The notes under the pieces are model-generated. The model was not told where the DNA came from, made no database searches, and was given only the letters and a program-made list of their open reading frames with translations. Shown here piece by piece: positions 1-9,568 of a stretch of 64,000 nt of DNA. A program made the position numbers and the translations under genes. Each line of letters begins with the position of its first letter. Position 1 is the first letter of the stretch. The stretch spans positions 19,840-83,839 of the forward strand of contig SHUG01000003.1 in assembly GCA_009694735.1 (NCBI GenBank), read 5' to 3'. The DNA comes from Acidobacteriota bacterium (lineage in GTDB: Bacteria; Acidobacteriota; Vicinamibacteria; Vicinamibacterales; UBA2999).

Positions 1-1410
1 ATTCTCGAAACCTTCCGCGACCTGAACGAGATTGGCGCGGCCATCGCCGCGGTGCGCAGCGTGTGCGACCTGCCGATCGTGGCGCAGATGACCACCGAAG
101 AAGACGGCGCCAGTCTTGACGGGGCGCCGCCCGAGCAGTTCGCGCCCGACCTGATCGCGCGCGGCGCGAGCGTCGTCGGCGTCAATTGCAGCGTCGGCCC
201 GGCGCCGATGCTCGAAACCATCGAACGGATCAGCGACGTCACCGACGTGTGGCTGTCGGCACAGCCCAACGCGGGCCGGCCGCGCGACATCGAGGGCCGC
301 AACCTCTACCTGTGCTCGCCTGAGTACATGGCGTCGTACGCGCGCCGGTTCATTGCCTCGGGCGTGCGCCTGGTCGGTGGCTGCTGCGGCACCACGCCGG
401 AGCACATTCGGCAGATCGCGCTCGCCGCGAAGTCGATGGCCCCCGGTCTTGCGCGCCATGCCGCGACGGCGGACGTGCGGACGCCGGTGGCCAGCCAGCC
501 GAACGCGCGTCCGGCGCTGCCGCGCGAGTCGAAATCGATCATGGGGCGGAAGCTGGCCAACGGCGGATTCATCCGCGCGATCGAGCTGGTGCCGCCGCGG
601 GGGCATGCCGCCAGCGCGGCGTTGGCCGATGCCGCCCGCCTCGCCAAACGCGGTGTGGATGTGGTGACCATTCCCGACGGTCCGCGGTCCGGCGCGCGCA
701 TGAGCGCGCTCTCGTTGGCCGTACTCGTGCAACAGCATGCGGCAGTGGAAGTGTTGCTGCAGTACTCCTGTCGTGATCGGAATCTTCTCGGCATTCAGTC
801 GGATCTGTTGGGTGCTCACGCGATGGGTGTGCGGAACCTGCTCGGCATCACCGGCGATGTGCGCAGCCTGGGAGATATCCCTGACGCCACAGCTGTGTTC
901 GACGTCGACTCGATCGGACTAACCAACGTCATCGCGCGTCTCAATCATGGGCTCGATATCGGCGGCCAGTCGATTGGCGAGCCGACCTCGTTCCATACGG
1001 GCGTGATGGTCAACCCGTCGCGTGATCTCGATCAGGAATTACGGCGCCTCGAGTTCAAGGTGGAAGCCGGGGCGGAGTTCGCGGTGACGAGACCGGTGTT
1101 TGATGTGTCCGCATTCGAACGTTTCCTCGCGCGCGTCACGCCGCTGGGCGTGCCGATCATCGTCGGCATCTGGCCGTTCGAGAGCGCGCTCAATGCCGAG
1201 TTCATGGCGAACGAAGTGCCCGGTGTGACGGTGCCTGATGCCCTGGTGGAGCGGATGCGTCGCACCACCAGTGCGGACGCGGCGGCCGCCGAAGGCGTGA
1301 AAGTGGCGCGGGAGCTCGTGGCAGCCATCAAGGGGATGGCTGCGGGTGTGCAGATCTCAACGCCGTCGGGCCGGCTGGACGCCGCCCTCGATGTGCTCGA
1401 CGTGGTATAG
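1..1410 (+). CDS. yitJ: Bifunctional homocysteine S-methyltransferase / methylenetetrahydrofolate reductase (YitJ-like), 5' end outside window
   Basis: Frame open from base 1; GVNC and GGCCGTTPEH Zn motifs of the HMT domain followed by an MTHFR domain (CRDRN, ITGD, GAEFAVT, NEVPG). Confidence 0.9.
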   Translation: MLETFRDLNEIGAAIAAVRSVCDLPIVAQMTTEEDGASLDGAPPEQFAPDLIARGASVVGVNCSVGPAPMLETIERISDVTDVWLSAQPNAGRPRDIEGRNLYLCSPEYMASYARRFIASGVRLVGGCCGTTPEHIRQIALAAKSMAPGLARHAATADVRTPVASQPNARPALPRESKSIMGRKLANGGFIRAIELVPPRGHAASAALADAARLAKRGVDVVTIPDGPRSGARMSALSLAVLVQQHAAVEVLLQYSCRDRNLLGIQSDLLGAHAMGVRNLLGITGDVRSLGDIPDATAVFDVDSIGLTNVIARLNHGLDIGGQSIGEPTSFHTGVMVNPSRDLDQELRRLEFKVEAGAEFAVTRPVFDVSAFERFLARVTPLGVPIIVGIWPFESALNAEFMANEVPGVTVPDALVERMRRTTSADAAAAEGVKVARELVAAIKGMAAGVQISTPSGRLDAALDVLDVV

Positions 1411-1437
1411 TCCGGGTCGTTTCGGAGACTGTTGAAA

Positions 1438-2121
1438 ATGGGCCTATTTAACGAAGAAACACAGCGCTCGGGCGACGCGGCCACGAGGGCGCTGTCGGTC
1501 ACTACGGTCGAGATCGACTTCGTCGAGAAGGTCTATCAAGGCATCGCCAGCGTGTACGACTACACCTACGGCCCGACCCTGCATCCCGGGCGGCTCGAGG
1601 CCATCGAGAAGATGGCGGTTCGCCCTGGTACGCACGTGCTCGAAGTGGGCGTTGGCACGGGCATCAACCTCTCGCTGTATCCGCGCAACTGCCGGGTGAC
1701 CGGCATCGACCTGTCCAGCAAGATGCTCGAGAAGGCGCAAGCCCGGATCGATGAGAAGGGCCTCCATCACTGCGACCTCGCGGCGATGGATGCGACCCAG
1801 CTCAAGTTCGCCGACAACTCGTTTGATGTCGTCTACGCGCCCTACGTGATCAGCGTGGTGCCGGAACCGGTCAAGGTGGCGCGCGAAATGTACCGTGTCT
1901 GCCGTCCCGGTGGCCGCGTCATTATCCTCAACCACTTCAAGAGCGCCAACCCGATCGTGGGCCGTATCGAGCGCGCGATTTCGCCGATGACGGTGCACAT
2001 CGGCTTCACGGCCGATCTCGATCTGCCCGCGTTCCTCAAGCAGGCCGACCTGAATCCCGTCTCGATCGAAAAAGTGAACATCCCGAAAATGTGGTCGCTC
2101 ATCACGGTCGTCAAAGACTAG
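1438..2121 (+). CDS. Class I SAM-dependent methyltransferase, PmtA-like phospholipid N-methyltransferase
   Basis: VLEVGVGTG motif I, GIDLSSKML, FDVVYAPYVISVVP, RPGGRVIILNHF. Confidence 0.75.
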   Translation: MGLFNEETQRSGDAATRALSVTTVEIDFVEKVYQGIASVYDYTYGPTLHPGRLEAIEKMAVRPGTHVLEVGVGTGINLSLYPRNCRVTGIDLSSKMLEKAQARIDEKGLHHCDLAAMDATQLKFADNSFDVVYAPYVISVVPEPVKVAREMYRVCRPGGRVIILNHFKSANPIVGRIERAISPMTVHIGFTADLDLPAFLKQADLNPVSIEKVNIPKMWSLITVVKD

Positions 2122-2589
2122 TTGGCGCCACCGCCCGCCACGCCTGAACCCGGCTGGACTCCCGTCCAGCCGTTTCCGTCTCTGGACCCACAGTCGTTCC
2201 TCGTTGCCAATCCGTCTGGCGAAAGCGTGCGCATTGCGTATTTTCGTCGGCCCGAGACGCCGGTGCTCCATGCCAGGGCGTGGTTCGGCCGCGAGACGCA
2301 GGGCCCGCCCGGCCACGTGCATGGCGGCGCGATGGCGGCGGTGCTCGACGAAGCGATGGGCGGCGCGTGCTGGATGAACGGCCACCGCACCGTGGCCGCG
2401 AAGATCTCGGTGTCGTTCCTGGAGATGCTGAAGCTCGAGACGGAGACCACGGTCGAGGCGGCAATCGAGCGGACCGACGGGCGCAAGATCTACCTGCGAG
2501 CGAAGATGTCGGACGGGCGCGGGACGACGATCGCCGAGGCCGACGGCCTTTTCATCGTGCTTAAGGACGACACGTTCAAGAAGCCGTGA
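2122..2589 (+). CDS. PaaI-family hotdog thioesterase
   Basis: GPPGHVHGGAMAAVLDEAMG motif; start codon uncertain. Confidence 0.85.
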   Translation: MAPPPATPEPGWTPVQPFPSLDPQSFLVANPSGESVRIAYFRRPETPVLHARAWFGRETQGPPGHVHGGAMAAVLDEAMGGACWMNGHRTVAAKISVSFLEMLKLETETTVEAAIERTDGRKIYLRAKMSDGRGTTIAEADGLFIVLKDDTFKKP

Positions 2590-2640
2590 TCCAATGGTCA
2601 CTCTGCTGCTTGTGACACCCCGTCAAGCTACAATAGAGAG

Positions 2641-3045
2641 GTGAGCTTTGACGAACGCGCCTTCTTCAGCGAGAAGCCCGAGAGCCGGCCGGCCAAGTAC
2701 CCGTGCCCCCGCTGCAAGCGGACCAACGAGTACACCATCCGATGGATGCGGCGGACCAAGAAGGACCGCGCGCCGCAAGCCGCCGACGAGCGCGCCAAGT
2801 TCGACAAGCTGCGCGATCACCTACTGCGCCTGGACGATGAGGTGACGTGCAAGACCTGCGGCAAGAAGTTCGAGATTCCGTCGCTGCATTCGATGATGTT
2901 CATCGATCAGCTCGACGGCCTGCCGAAGGACGAAGAGGCCGACGAGAGTGAAGCCACCGCGGCACCTGGCAAGCCCATGGATGCCACGACTCGCGCGGCG
3001 TTGCCGGCGCGGTTTACGCGCCCGACCAAAGGCTGGCGCGGCTAG
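2641..3045 (+). CDS. Hypothetical Zn-ribbon protein
   Basis: CPRC...CKTC pairs; TACAAT -10 element 6 nt before the GTG. Confidence 0.7.
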   Translation: MSFDERAFFSEKPESRPAKYPCPRCKRTNEYTIRWMRRTKKDRAPQAADERAKFDKLRDHLLRLDDEVTCKTCGKKFEIPSLHSMMFIDQLDGLPKDEEADESEATAAPGKPMDATTRAALPARFTRPTKGWRG

Positions 3046-3112
3046 GCCGCAGATTCATGCCAGGCCACAGATTAGACACCGATTAAACACAGATTAGCAG
3101 GCAGCCTGCTGT

Positions 3113-3802
3113 CTACCAGATGCCCGGCAACAGCCGCGACCGCACCTGGCGCTGGTAGGCGCGATACTTCTCGCCGAACGTCTCGACCAGCAATGCTTCT
3201 TCCCACGGAATTGCCACGATTAAATACGCCGTGCTGATTATGGCGAACAGCAAACGGCTGTAGGTCATGCGCTGCATGCTGAACACCATCAGGATCCAGG
3301 CGAGGTAGATGGGATGCCGGACGAAGCCGAACAGTCCGGTGACTTTGAACTCGACCGGCCGGCCGGGCGGCGCGACCCGAACGCCTGCCAGTTCCCACAC
3401 GCCGATCGCACTTGCCGCGCGCGCGGTCATCGAGATGCCCGTCAGTGCCAGGAACCACATCACCCAGCGCCACGGTCCGTCGATCGCCCACGCCACGCCG
3501 GGTAAGGGCTGCCAGAACCAGCACACGGCGAGGAACAGCAGGCTGGCGACCCACACGTAGAGGCTGCGCTCGAGCTCGGCCGGAACCGTGCGGGTAATCC
3601 AGGCCTTGGCGCCGGTCCTCGCCATCACGCTGTGATGCAGCGCGAACACCGTGAACAGCGCCACGTTGAAGGCGATCGCGGGCCACGCCGGCTGGCCGGT
3701 GGCCGGCGCGGGCAGGTCGAGGCGAATGCCGTAGACGACCGCAAACGAGGCGAGTGACAGGGCGAAGAGCAGCGCGCCGATCCACACGAATGTCTTTCGC
3801 AC
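3113..3802 (-). CDS. Isoprenylcysteine carboxyl methyltransferase / MddA-like membrane methyltransferase
   Basis: FALHHSVMAR, ERSLYV, GLFGFVRHPIY, EEALLVETFGEKYRAY; start moved to GTG 3802, which has TATAAT 7 nt upstream. Confidence 0.8.
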   Translation of the reverse strand: MRKTFVWIGALLFALSLASFAVVYGIRLDLPAPATGQPAWPAIAFNVALFTVFALHHSVMARTGAKAWITRTVPAELERSLYVWVASLLFLAVCWFWQPLPGVAWAIDGPWRWVMWFLALTGISMTARAASAIGVWELAGVRVAPPGRPVEFKVTGLFGFVRHPIYLAWILMVFSMQRMTYSRLLFAIISTAYLIVAIPWEEALLVETFGEKYRAYQRQVRSRLLPGIW

Positions 3803-3823
3803 GAACGGTATTATAGAGGTCAG

Positions 3824-5092
3824 TTGAGCCTCCCCAAGGTCGCCATTACCGGCATCGGAGCCGTTTCCGCGTTTGGCGTCGGGCGCGAAGTGTATTGGGA
3901 CGCGATTCGCCGCGGGCAAAGCGGCACCCGCGCCATCACCGAGTTCGACGTCTCAACCTATCCCTGCAAGGTCGCTGCTCCCGTACCGCCCGTGGACATC
4001 GCCGCAGCGATGCCGCTCGCGGGCGAAGCCGCCCCCCGCGATTCGCGCGCCGACCCTAAGCGCTACTCCCGCGCGGCGTTGTTTGGTGTGGTGGCTGCGC
4101 GCGAAGCCTGGAACGACGCGAGACTTGGTTTTGGCGAAGCCAACGCCGGCGTGATTATTGGGAGCGGCGGTGGCGGCATCGACGTTGGCGAGCGCCAGTA
4201 TCAGGACTTCTTCACGACCGGCGGACAGCATGTCACGCCCTATGCCATTGCCATCGGTATCTGCGGCATGGTGTCGAGTGAGATCTCGATTGCCCTCGGC
4301 GTCCGCGGGATCAGCCATGTGCTGTCGACCGGTTGCACCAGTTCCACCGACGCCCTCGGCTACGCCTGCATGTTGCTGCGCCAGGGCGAATGTGACGTGT
4401 TGCTGTCGGGCGGCGCCGATGGCTGCGTGTTGCCGGGCATGATCTTCGGCTTCTCGCGCATGCGCGCGGTCTCGACCCACTACAACGATCGCGGCGCCGA
4501 GGCGTCGCGGCCGTTCGACCGTGGCCGCGACGGCTTCGTGCTGGGCGAAGGCGCCTGGATGCTGACGCTGGAACTCGAGGATCGCGCGCGGGCGCGCGGC
4601 GCGAAGATCTACGCCACCATCGATGGCTATGCCTCGACCTGCGATGCCTATCACCGCGTCCAGATGGACCCCGATGGCGAGCAGATTGTCCGCTGCATGC
4701 ACACGGCCATGGCGCGCGCGGGGCGCGCGGCCGAGGAGATTGGCTACATCAACTATCACGGCACCTCGACCCAGCTGAACGACGCCATTGAATCGCGGTG
4801 CACGCGCCTGGCGTTTGGCGCGCTGGCGGACCGCATCCCGGGGTCGTCCACGAAATCGATGATTGGCCACCCGCAAGGTGCCAGCGGCGCCGCTGGTGTC
4901 GTCGCGACCGCCCTTGCCCTGTCGCGCGGGTTCCTGCCGCCGACCATCAACCTGACCGACCCGGATCCCAATTGCGACCTCGACTTCATTCCCAACGAGG
5001 GCCGCGCCGCGCAACCGGAGGCGGCGCTCTGCAATTGCCTCGGCTTCGGCTCGAAGAACAGCGCGCTCGTCCTCGGCCGCTCGCATGGATGA
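3824..5092 (+). CDS. fabF: Beta-ketoacyl-ACP synthase II family
   Basis: Cys-His-His triad (TGCTSS, YHGTST, KSMIGH), SRPFD..RDGFVLGEGA, GFGSKN. Confidence 0.85.
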   Translation: MSLPKVAITGIGAVSAFGVGREVYWDAIRRGQSGTRAITEFDVSTYPCKVAAPVPPVDIAAAMPLAGEAAPRDSRADPKRYSRAALFGVVAAREAWNDARLGFGEANAGVIIGSGGGGIDVGERQYQDFFTTGGQHVTPYAIAIGICGMVSSEISIALGVRGISHVLSTGCTSSTDALGYACMLLRQGECDVLLSGGADGCVLPGMIFGFSRMRAVSTHYNDRGAEASRPFDRGRDGFVLGEGAWMLTLELEDRARARGAKIYATIDGYASTCDAYHRVQMDPDGEQIVRCMHTAMARAGRAAEEIGYINYHGTSTQLNDAIESRCTRLAFGALADRIPGSSTKSMIGHPQGASGAAGVVATALALSRGFLPPTINLTDPDPNCDLDFIPNEGRAAQPEAALCNCLGFGSKNSALVLGRSHG

Positions 5093-6260
5093 CGTCGTAA
5101 TTGCCGGGGGCGGACCGGCGGGCGCCCTGGCCGCCATCATCCTGGCGCGGGCCGGCGCCCGGGTCCGCCTGTTCGAGCGCGCCCGCTTTCCCCGGCACAA
5201 GCTGTGCGGCGACACCCTGAATCCGGGCGCACTGGCGGTGCTCGCGCGTCATGTCGACACGACCGCACTCGTGACGGGCAGCGACGAGATCCACGGCATG
5301 CTGCTCACCGGTCCCGGTGGCGTCGCCGTGCGTGCGCTCTACGGGGCGGGCCTGGCGGGACGAGCCGTCACGCGCAGTGTCTTCGATGAATGGCTGCTTC
5401 GGCAGGCGGTCGCTGCTGGCGCGCGAGTGGAGGAGGGCGCCGCGGTCAAAGGCGCGCTCGTCTCGGCCGGCCGCGTCACCGGCGTGACGGTGGCCGGACG
5501 CGCGGGTCAGGACCTTGCCCACGAGGGCCGCCTGGTGATCGCCGCCGACGGACGCCGATCGACACTCGCGTTTTCGCGAGGCCTCGCGCATCAGCCGGCC
5601 CGCCCCAGGCGCTGGGCCATCGGCGGATATTTCACCGGTGTGGCCGGCTGCGGAACCGTCGGCGAGATGCACGTGCGCAAGGGGCACTACATCGGCGTGG
5701 CGCCGGTACCAGGCGGCCTCACCAACGTTTGCGTGGTGATTCCCCACGCCGTCGGCGATCGGGCGTTCGGCGCGCCGGCCGAGTTGATCCGCTCACGCCT
5801 GAACGCCGATCCGGCGCTGCGCGATCGGTTTGTGGATGCGCGTCCTGAGGGCGATCCGGTCGTGCTCGGCCCGATGGCCGTGGATGCCGATGCCGCCGGT
5901 GAGCCGGGACTGTTGCTGGCCGGTGATGCCGCGGGTTTCATCGATCCGATGACCGGCGACGGCCTGCGCCTCGCGTTGGCAGGCGCGGAGCTGGCCGCCG
6001 CCGTCATTCTGGAAGTGTTCGCCGGGCGCGGTTCACCAGAAGCTGCTCACCTGGAGCTGGCGCGCCGCCGCCGCGCGGCCTTTGCCTCGAAATGGCGCTT
6101 CAACCGCACGTTGCGCTCGCTGGTCACGTACCCGCAGGGCGTCTCGGCCGCTGCGGTCTGCGCCCGCGCCGTGCCGTCGGTGTTGGTAACGATCATCCGC
6201 TACGCCGGAGACTTGCCCACCGAAGCGCGGCGCGCGAAGGCGGGCTGCCCGTCATCATGA
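5085..6260 (+). CDS. FAD-dependent oxidoreductase (geranylgeranyl reductase / hydroxylase-like)
   Basis: GGGPAG Rossmann motif, FPRHKLCGD, IAADGR, GDAAGFIDPMTGDG. Confidence 0.85.
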   Translation: MDDVVIAGGGPAGALAAIILARAGARVRLFERARFPRHKLCGDTLNPGALAVLARHVDTTALVTGSDEIHGMLLTGPGGVAVRALYGAGLAGRAVTRSVFDEWLLRQAVAAGARVEEGAAVKGALVSAGRVTGVTVAGRAGQDLAHEGRLVIAADGRRSTLAFSRGLAHQPARPRRWAIGGYFTGVAGCGTVGEMHVRKGHYIGVAPVPGGLTNVCVVIPHAVGDRAFGAPAELIRSRLNADPALRDRFVDARPEGDPVVLGPMAVDADAAGEPGLLLAGDAAGFIDPMTGDGLRLALAGAELAAAVILEVFAGRGSPEAAHLELARRRRAAFASKWRFNRTLRSLVTYPQGVSAAAVCARAVPSVLVTIIRYAGDLPTEARRAKAGCPSS

Positions 6261-6778
6261 CCACCCAGGGCCCGGCCGTTGCCGCTCTCACGATCGCCGC
6301 CGCGCTGCTGATGATGGGCGGTGAGCTGGTACTCTCGCTCTTCAACGAGCGCCAGTTGCGCGCCAGGGGCGCGGTTGAACCGCCGGACGACGTAATTACC
6401 ACCATGCGGTGGGCGTATCCCGTGGCGTTTGTCGCGATGGGAGTGGAAGGCGCGGTGGTAGGACCCTCACCGGGCTCCGTGCTGCTGGGCGGGCTGGTGA
6501 TGTTCGGTCTCGCGAAGGCGCTCAAGGTGTGGGCGATCACCTCGTTGGGGCCGCGCTGGAGTTACCGCGTGCTGATTCTTCCCGGTGCGCCGCTGGTGAC
6601 GTCGGGGCCCTATCGGTATCTGTCGCATCCCAACTATCTCGCCGTCCTGGGTGAGCTCGTGAGCGTGGCGGCAATTGTCGCCGCGCCGATTACCGGCGTG
6701 CTCGCGACCGTGGGCTTCGGCTTGCTGATGCGCGCGCGCATCCGCGTCGAAGATCGCGCGCTGGGCCGCCTTCGCTAG
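6257..6778 (+). CDS. ICMT-family methyltransferase (SrsB/BpsB-like)
   Basis: NERQLRARGAVE, WAITSLGPRWS, GPYRYLSHPNYL, RIRVEDRAL; ATG overlaps the upstream TGA. Confidence 0.85.
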   Translation: MTTQGPAVAALTIAAALLMMGGELVLSLFNERQLRARGAVEPPDDVITTMRWAYPVAFVAMGVEGAVVGPSPGSVLLGGLVMFGLAKALKVWAITSLGPRWSYRVLILPGAPLVTSGPYRYLSHPNYLAVLGELVSVAAIVAAPITGVLATVGFGLLMRARIRVEDRALGRLR

Positions 6779-6828
6779 GGCGGACCTGTCGCGCCGAAGC
6801 CTTGGCGAAGGCGGATACAATAGCCACC

Positions 6829-8241
6829 GTGAAACTGCCCAAATGGGCGACGGCGCTCGACCTCGTGGCCGTCGCGATGGCCATCGTCGCGCTGTCGGTG
6901 GTGGTAGCCGGCGGTTTCCGCGAGACGGTCTTCGGCGTCCGCCTGTCGGTCACCGACTGGTGGCGGCCGGCGCTGTGGAGCGTCGCGGCGATAATTATTC
7001 GCCACGCCATCGTGCGGCGGCATCCGCTGCCGCAGCGGGTGGTGCAAGCGGTGGTGCGCTGGTGGCGCGATCCGGTCACCAAGGCGGTGCTTCCCATTCA
7101 CCTGGCCACGCGCGGCGGTGTGCTCGCCGTTGGCTTTCTCGCGATCATCCTGATTGGCTTCCCGCCGGAGGCCTCGTCTCGCTGGCGCATCTACTCCCAC
7201 GATTTTCTCGACTTGCCGGCGCGATGGGACACCGGCTGGTATCTCGGCATTGCCACTGGTGGGTATCAGTTCAACCCAAGGGCAGACGCGGGCTTCCAGC
7301 AGAACATCGCTTTCTTTCCCGCGTTCCCGATGGCGATGAAGTACCTGTCGATCGTGTTCGGGCGCCAGCCGCTCTGGACCGGCGTGGCGGTGTCACTGGT
7401 CGCCTTCTTCCTCGCGCTGGGATACTTCCTGCGACTGGCCCGGGACGAGCTGCATGACGAAGCTGCCGCCGTCACCGCCGTCATGCTGCTGGCCGCCTAT
7501 CCGTTCGCGGTGTTTTTCAGCGCGGCATATACCGAAGGCCTCTTCCTGCTCACCCTGGTCGGCGCGGTCTATCACTTCCGCCACGATCAGCTCTGGCGCG
7601 CCGCGGCGTGGGGACTCGTCTGCGGGCTCACGCGTCCCAACGGCTGCTTCTTGTCGATCGTGCTGGGCTTGATGGCAGTGACACCCATGTGGGATGCCGT
7701 CCGCTGGCGTCCGCTCGTGCCGCCGCCCACTGGCTGGCTGCACCTCGGCCAGCGGCTGCTTGCCGCGTCGGCGCCCGGCGTCGGCATGCTCGCGTTCTCC
7801 GCTTACATCTACCAGCTCACCGGCAATCCCTTCCAATGGACGATGCAGAACGTCGCGTGGGGACGCGTCTACCGAGACCTGGATTCGCTGGTCTCCGATC
7901 GCGTGGGCTACATCGCGGCCAATGGCCTCTACAACTACGCCTCGACGCAGACCATCGACTTCTTCTACCTGCTCGCCGTGCTGTTTGTGCTCGGCTCCGC
8001 CTGGCCGGTGTATCGGCGGTTCGGCCTGCCGTACGCGGTGCTGCTGCTGGTGAGCATGTTGCCGCCCATGGCGGCCGGCGGGCTGCTCTCGATGGGCCGC
8101 GTCACCTCGGTGTTGTTCCCGGCGTTTCTCTGGATGGGCGGCGCCATTCCCGCGCGCCATCGCACGGCCTGGATCGCCGTCTTCGCGTGCCTGCAGGGGT
8201 TTGTCGCGGTGATGTTCTTTACCTGGCGTCCGTTGTTCTAA
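6829..8241 (+). CDS. GT-C membrane glycosyltransferase (PIG-V / mannosyltransferase-like)
   Basis: RWDTGWYLGIA, AFFPAFP, FFSAAYTEGLF, LTRPNG, SMGR; many TM helices. Confidence 0.8.
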   Translation: MKLPKWATALDLVAVAMAIVALSVVVAGGFRETVFGVRLSVTDWWRPALWSVAAIIIRHAIVRRHPLPQRVVQAVVRWWRDPVTKAVLPIHLATRGGVLAVGFLAIILIGFPPEASSRWRIYSHDFLDLPARWDTGWYLGIATGGYQFNPRADAGFQQNIAFFPAFPMAMKYLSIVFGRQPLWTGVAVSLVAFFLALGYFLRLARDELHDEAAAVTAVMLLAAYPFAVFFSAAYTEGLFLLTLVGAVYHFRHDQLWRAAAWGLVCGLTRPNGCFLSIVLGLMAVTPMWDAVRWRPLVPPPTGWLHLGQRLLAASAPGVGMLAFSAYIYQLTGNPFQWTMQNVAWGRVYRDLDSLVSDRVGYIAANGLYNYASTQTIDFFYLLAVLFVLGSAWPVYRRFGLPYAVLLLVSMLPPMAAGGLLSMGRVTSVLFPAFLWMGGAIPARHRTAWIAVFACLQGFVAVMFFTWRPLF

Positions 8242-8287
8242 AGCAGAGTCCGATTCAATCGGTGTCCCACCGGTGTCAATCGGTGGC

Positions 8288-8707
8288 CTAGACAGACGCG
8301 ATCCACTGGCGCACGATCCCCTGGATCGCCGCCTCGTGCGCTTTCACGTCTTGAACGCCGGCAAAGTTCATGAGCGCGCGGTCCTTGGCCAGCCACTTGA
8401 GCAGTCCCTGCGGATTTTCGATCTGGAACGACGGGGTCTTGCGAACCTTCGCGCCGAGGTGAAGAATCACCCCGATGCCGTCCTTGGCGCGAAGATGCGT
8501 GGTGGCGAAATACTCGGTGGTGCGAAAGCTCGGCGGGTTCCACTTCACGCCTTCGGCGATGGCGGGATCGGCGCCGGCGATGATCGTGCGGAGCGCCTCG
8601 ATGGCGGCCTTGTGCGGGTGCTCAAGGGTCGCCATGAACGCATCCACCGCTTCGGCGGTATCGGCGTCTGTCTTCGTGCGTTCCGGACGTGGTTTCGGTG
8701 TGGCCAT
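8288..8707 (-). CDS. DUF1801 (YdhG-like) protein
   Basis: IAEGVKWNPPSF, LILHLGAK-like motif, LLKWLAKDRA. Confidence 0.8.
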   Translation of the reverse strand: MATPKPRPERTKTDADTAEAVDAFMATLEHPHKAAIEALRTIIAGADPAIAEGVKWNPPSFRTTEYFATTHLRAKDGIGVILHLGAKVRKTPSFQIENPQGLLKWLAKDRALMNFAGVQDVKAHEAAIQGIVRQWIASV

Positions 8708-8782
8708 CCAGCAGGGATGTTATCAGGGAGCAGGGGCACGCTTGCGCACTCGACATGCGGCAGGCCCCGACGATGGTTCCGG

Positions 8783-8997
8783 CGTCCAATTCACATGCGC
8801 GGTGGCTATACTCGACCCAAGACCATGTCTCGCCGCGCCCTTCAGCTGGTGATGATGGGCGACCAGCGTAATCCCACTGCCCGCGACGACGTCCGCGCGG
8901 CCCGTGCCGCGCGCGCACGGGGACGGTTCGACGATGCAAACGCGTTCTTCCGGGATGCGGACGGTCTGGCGCGTTGGCTCCATGTGAATGTTAACCG
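8783..8997 (-). other. attC site 7, split by an inserted copy of the TPR gene 5' region
   Basis: Right half gcgttggctccatgtgaatgttaacc (8971-8996) matches the other attC arms; a complementary arm attcacatg survives at 8789-8797. Confidence 0.6.
8801..8972 (+). repeat. Diverged, internally deleted duplicate of the TPR gene promoter and 5' end
   Basis: 8801-8837 matches 15443-15479 and 8831-8972 matches 15803-15944, joined at a cgccgcg microhomology. Confidence 0.9.
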
Positions 8998-9246
8998 GAA
9001 CGGTTCTTCGTCGCCGGCACTAAACGAGGCATTCAGGGTCAGCATGAGGATCGATTGCGCCTGATCCTCGGTGCGCTCAATGCAGCAACGAGCCCCCAGG
9101 ACTTGAACTTGCCCGGTCTGGGCCTCCATGAACTTCAAGGGAGTCGCACAGGCACCTGGGCGGTCAAAGTCAGCGGCAATTGGCGCGTAACTTTCGAGTT
9201 CGCCGGTAACGATGCTGAGCGCGTGGATTACGAAGACTATTACTGA
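8995..9246 (+). pseudogene. higB: HigB (RelE-family) toxin, 5'-truncated
   Basis: Reads ERFFVAGTKRGIQGQHEDRLRLIL...WAVKVSGNWRVTF...VDYEDYY; an in-frame TAA at 8992 sits where the start and first ~10 codons should be. Confidence 0.8.
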
Positions 9247-9255
9247 GGACGACCG

Positions 9256-9543
9256 ATGAAGATGTACAACCCACCGCACCCGGGCGAAGTGCTCCGCGAA
9301 CTGTGCCTGAAGCCGCTGGGCCTGACCGTCACCCAAGCCGCTCGGGGGCTGGACGTCAGCCGCAAGACCTTGTCCGCCATCTTGAACAGCCGCGCGGGGA
9401 TCAGCCCTGAGATGGCTGTTCGTTTGTCGCTGGCCTTCGGCACGAGCGCCGAGAGCTGGATGAACCAGCAGACCCAATACGACCTTTGGCACGTCGAGCG
9501 GCGCCGCAAGAAGCTGCATGTCGCCAGGTTGTCTGCCGCTTGA
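9256..9543 (+). CDS. higA: HigA HTH antitoxin
   Basis: [35 protein letters not shown]; GAGG RBS. Confidence 0.92.
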   Translation: MKMYNPPHPGEVLRELCLKPLGLTVTQAARGLDVSRKTLSAILNSRAGISPEMAVRLSLAFGTSAESWMNQQTQYDLWHVERRRKKLHVARLSAA

Positions 9544-9568
9544 TTAGTTGATGGCTCGTTTCAATTCC

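Noticed and set aside
8273-9064. 263-aa plus-strand ORF
   Set aside because: Patchwork of DUF1801 antisense, the duplicated TPR fragment and an attC arm
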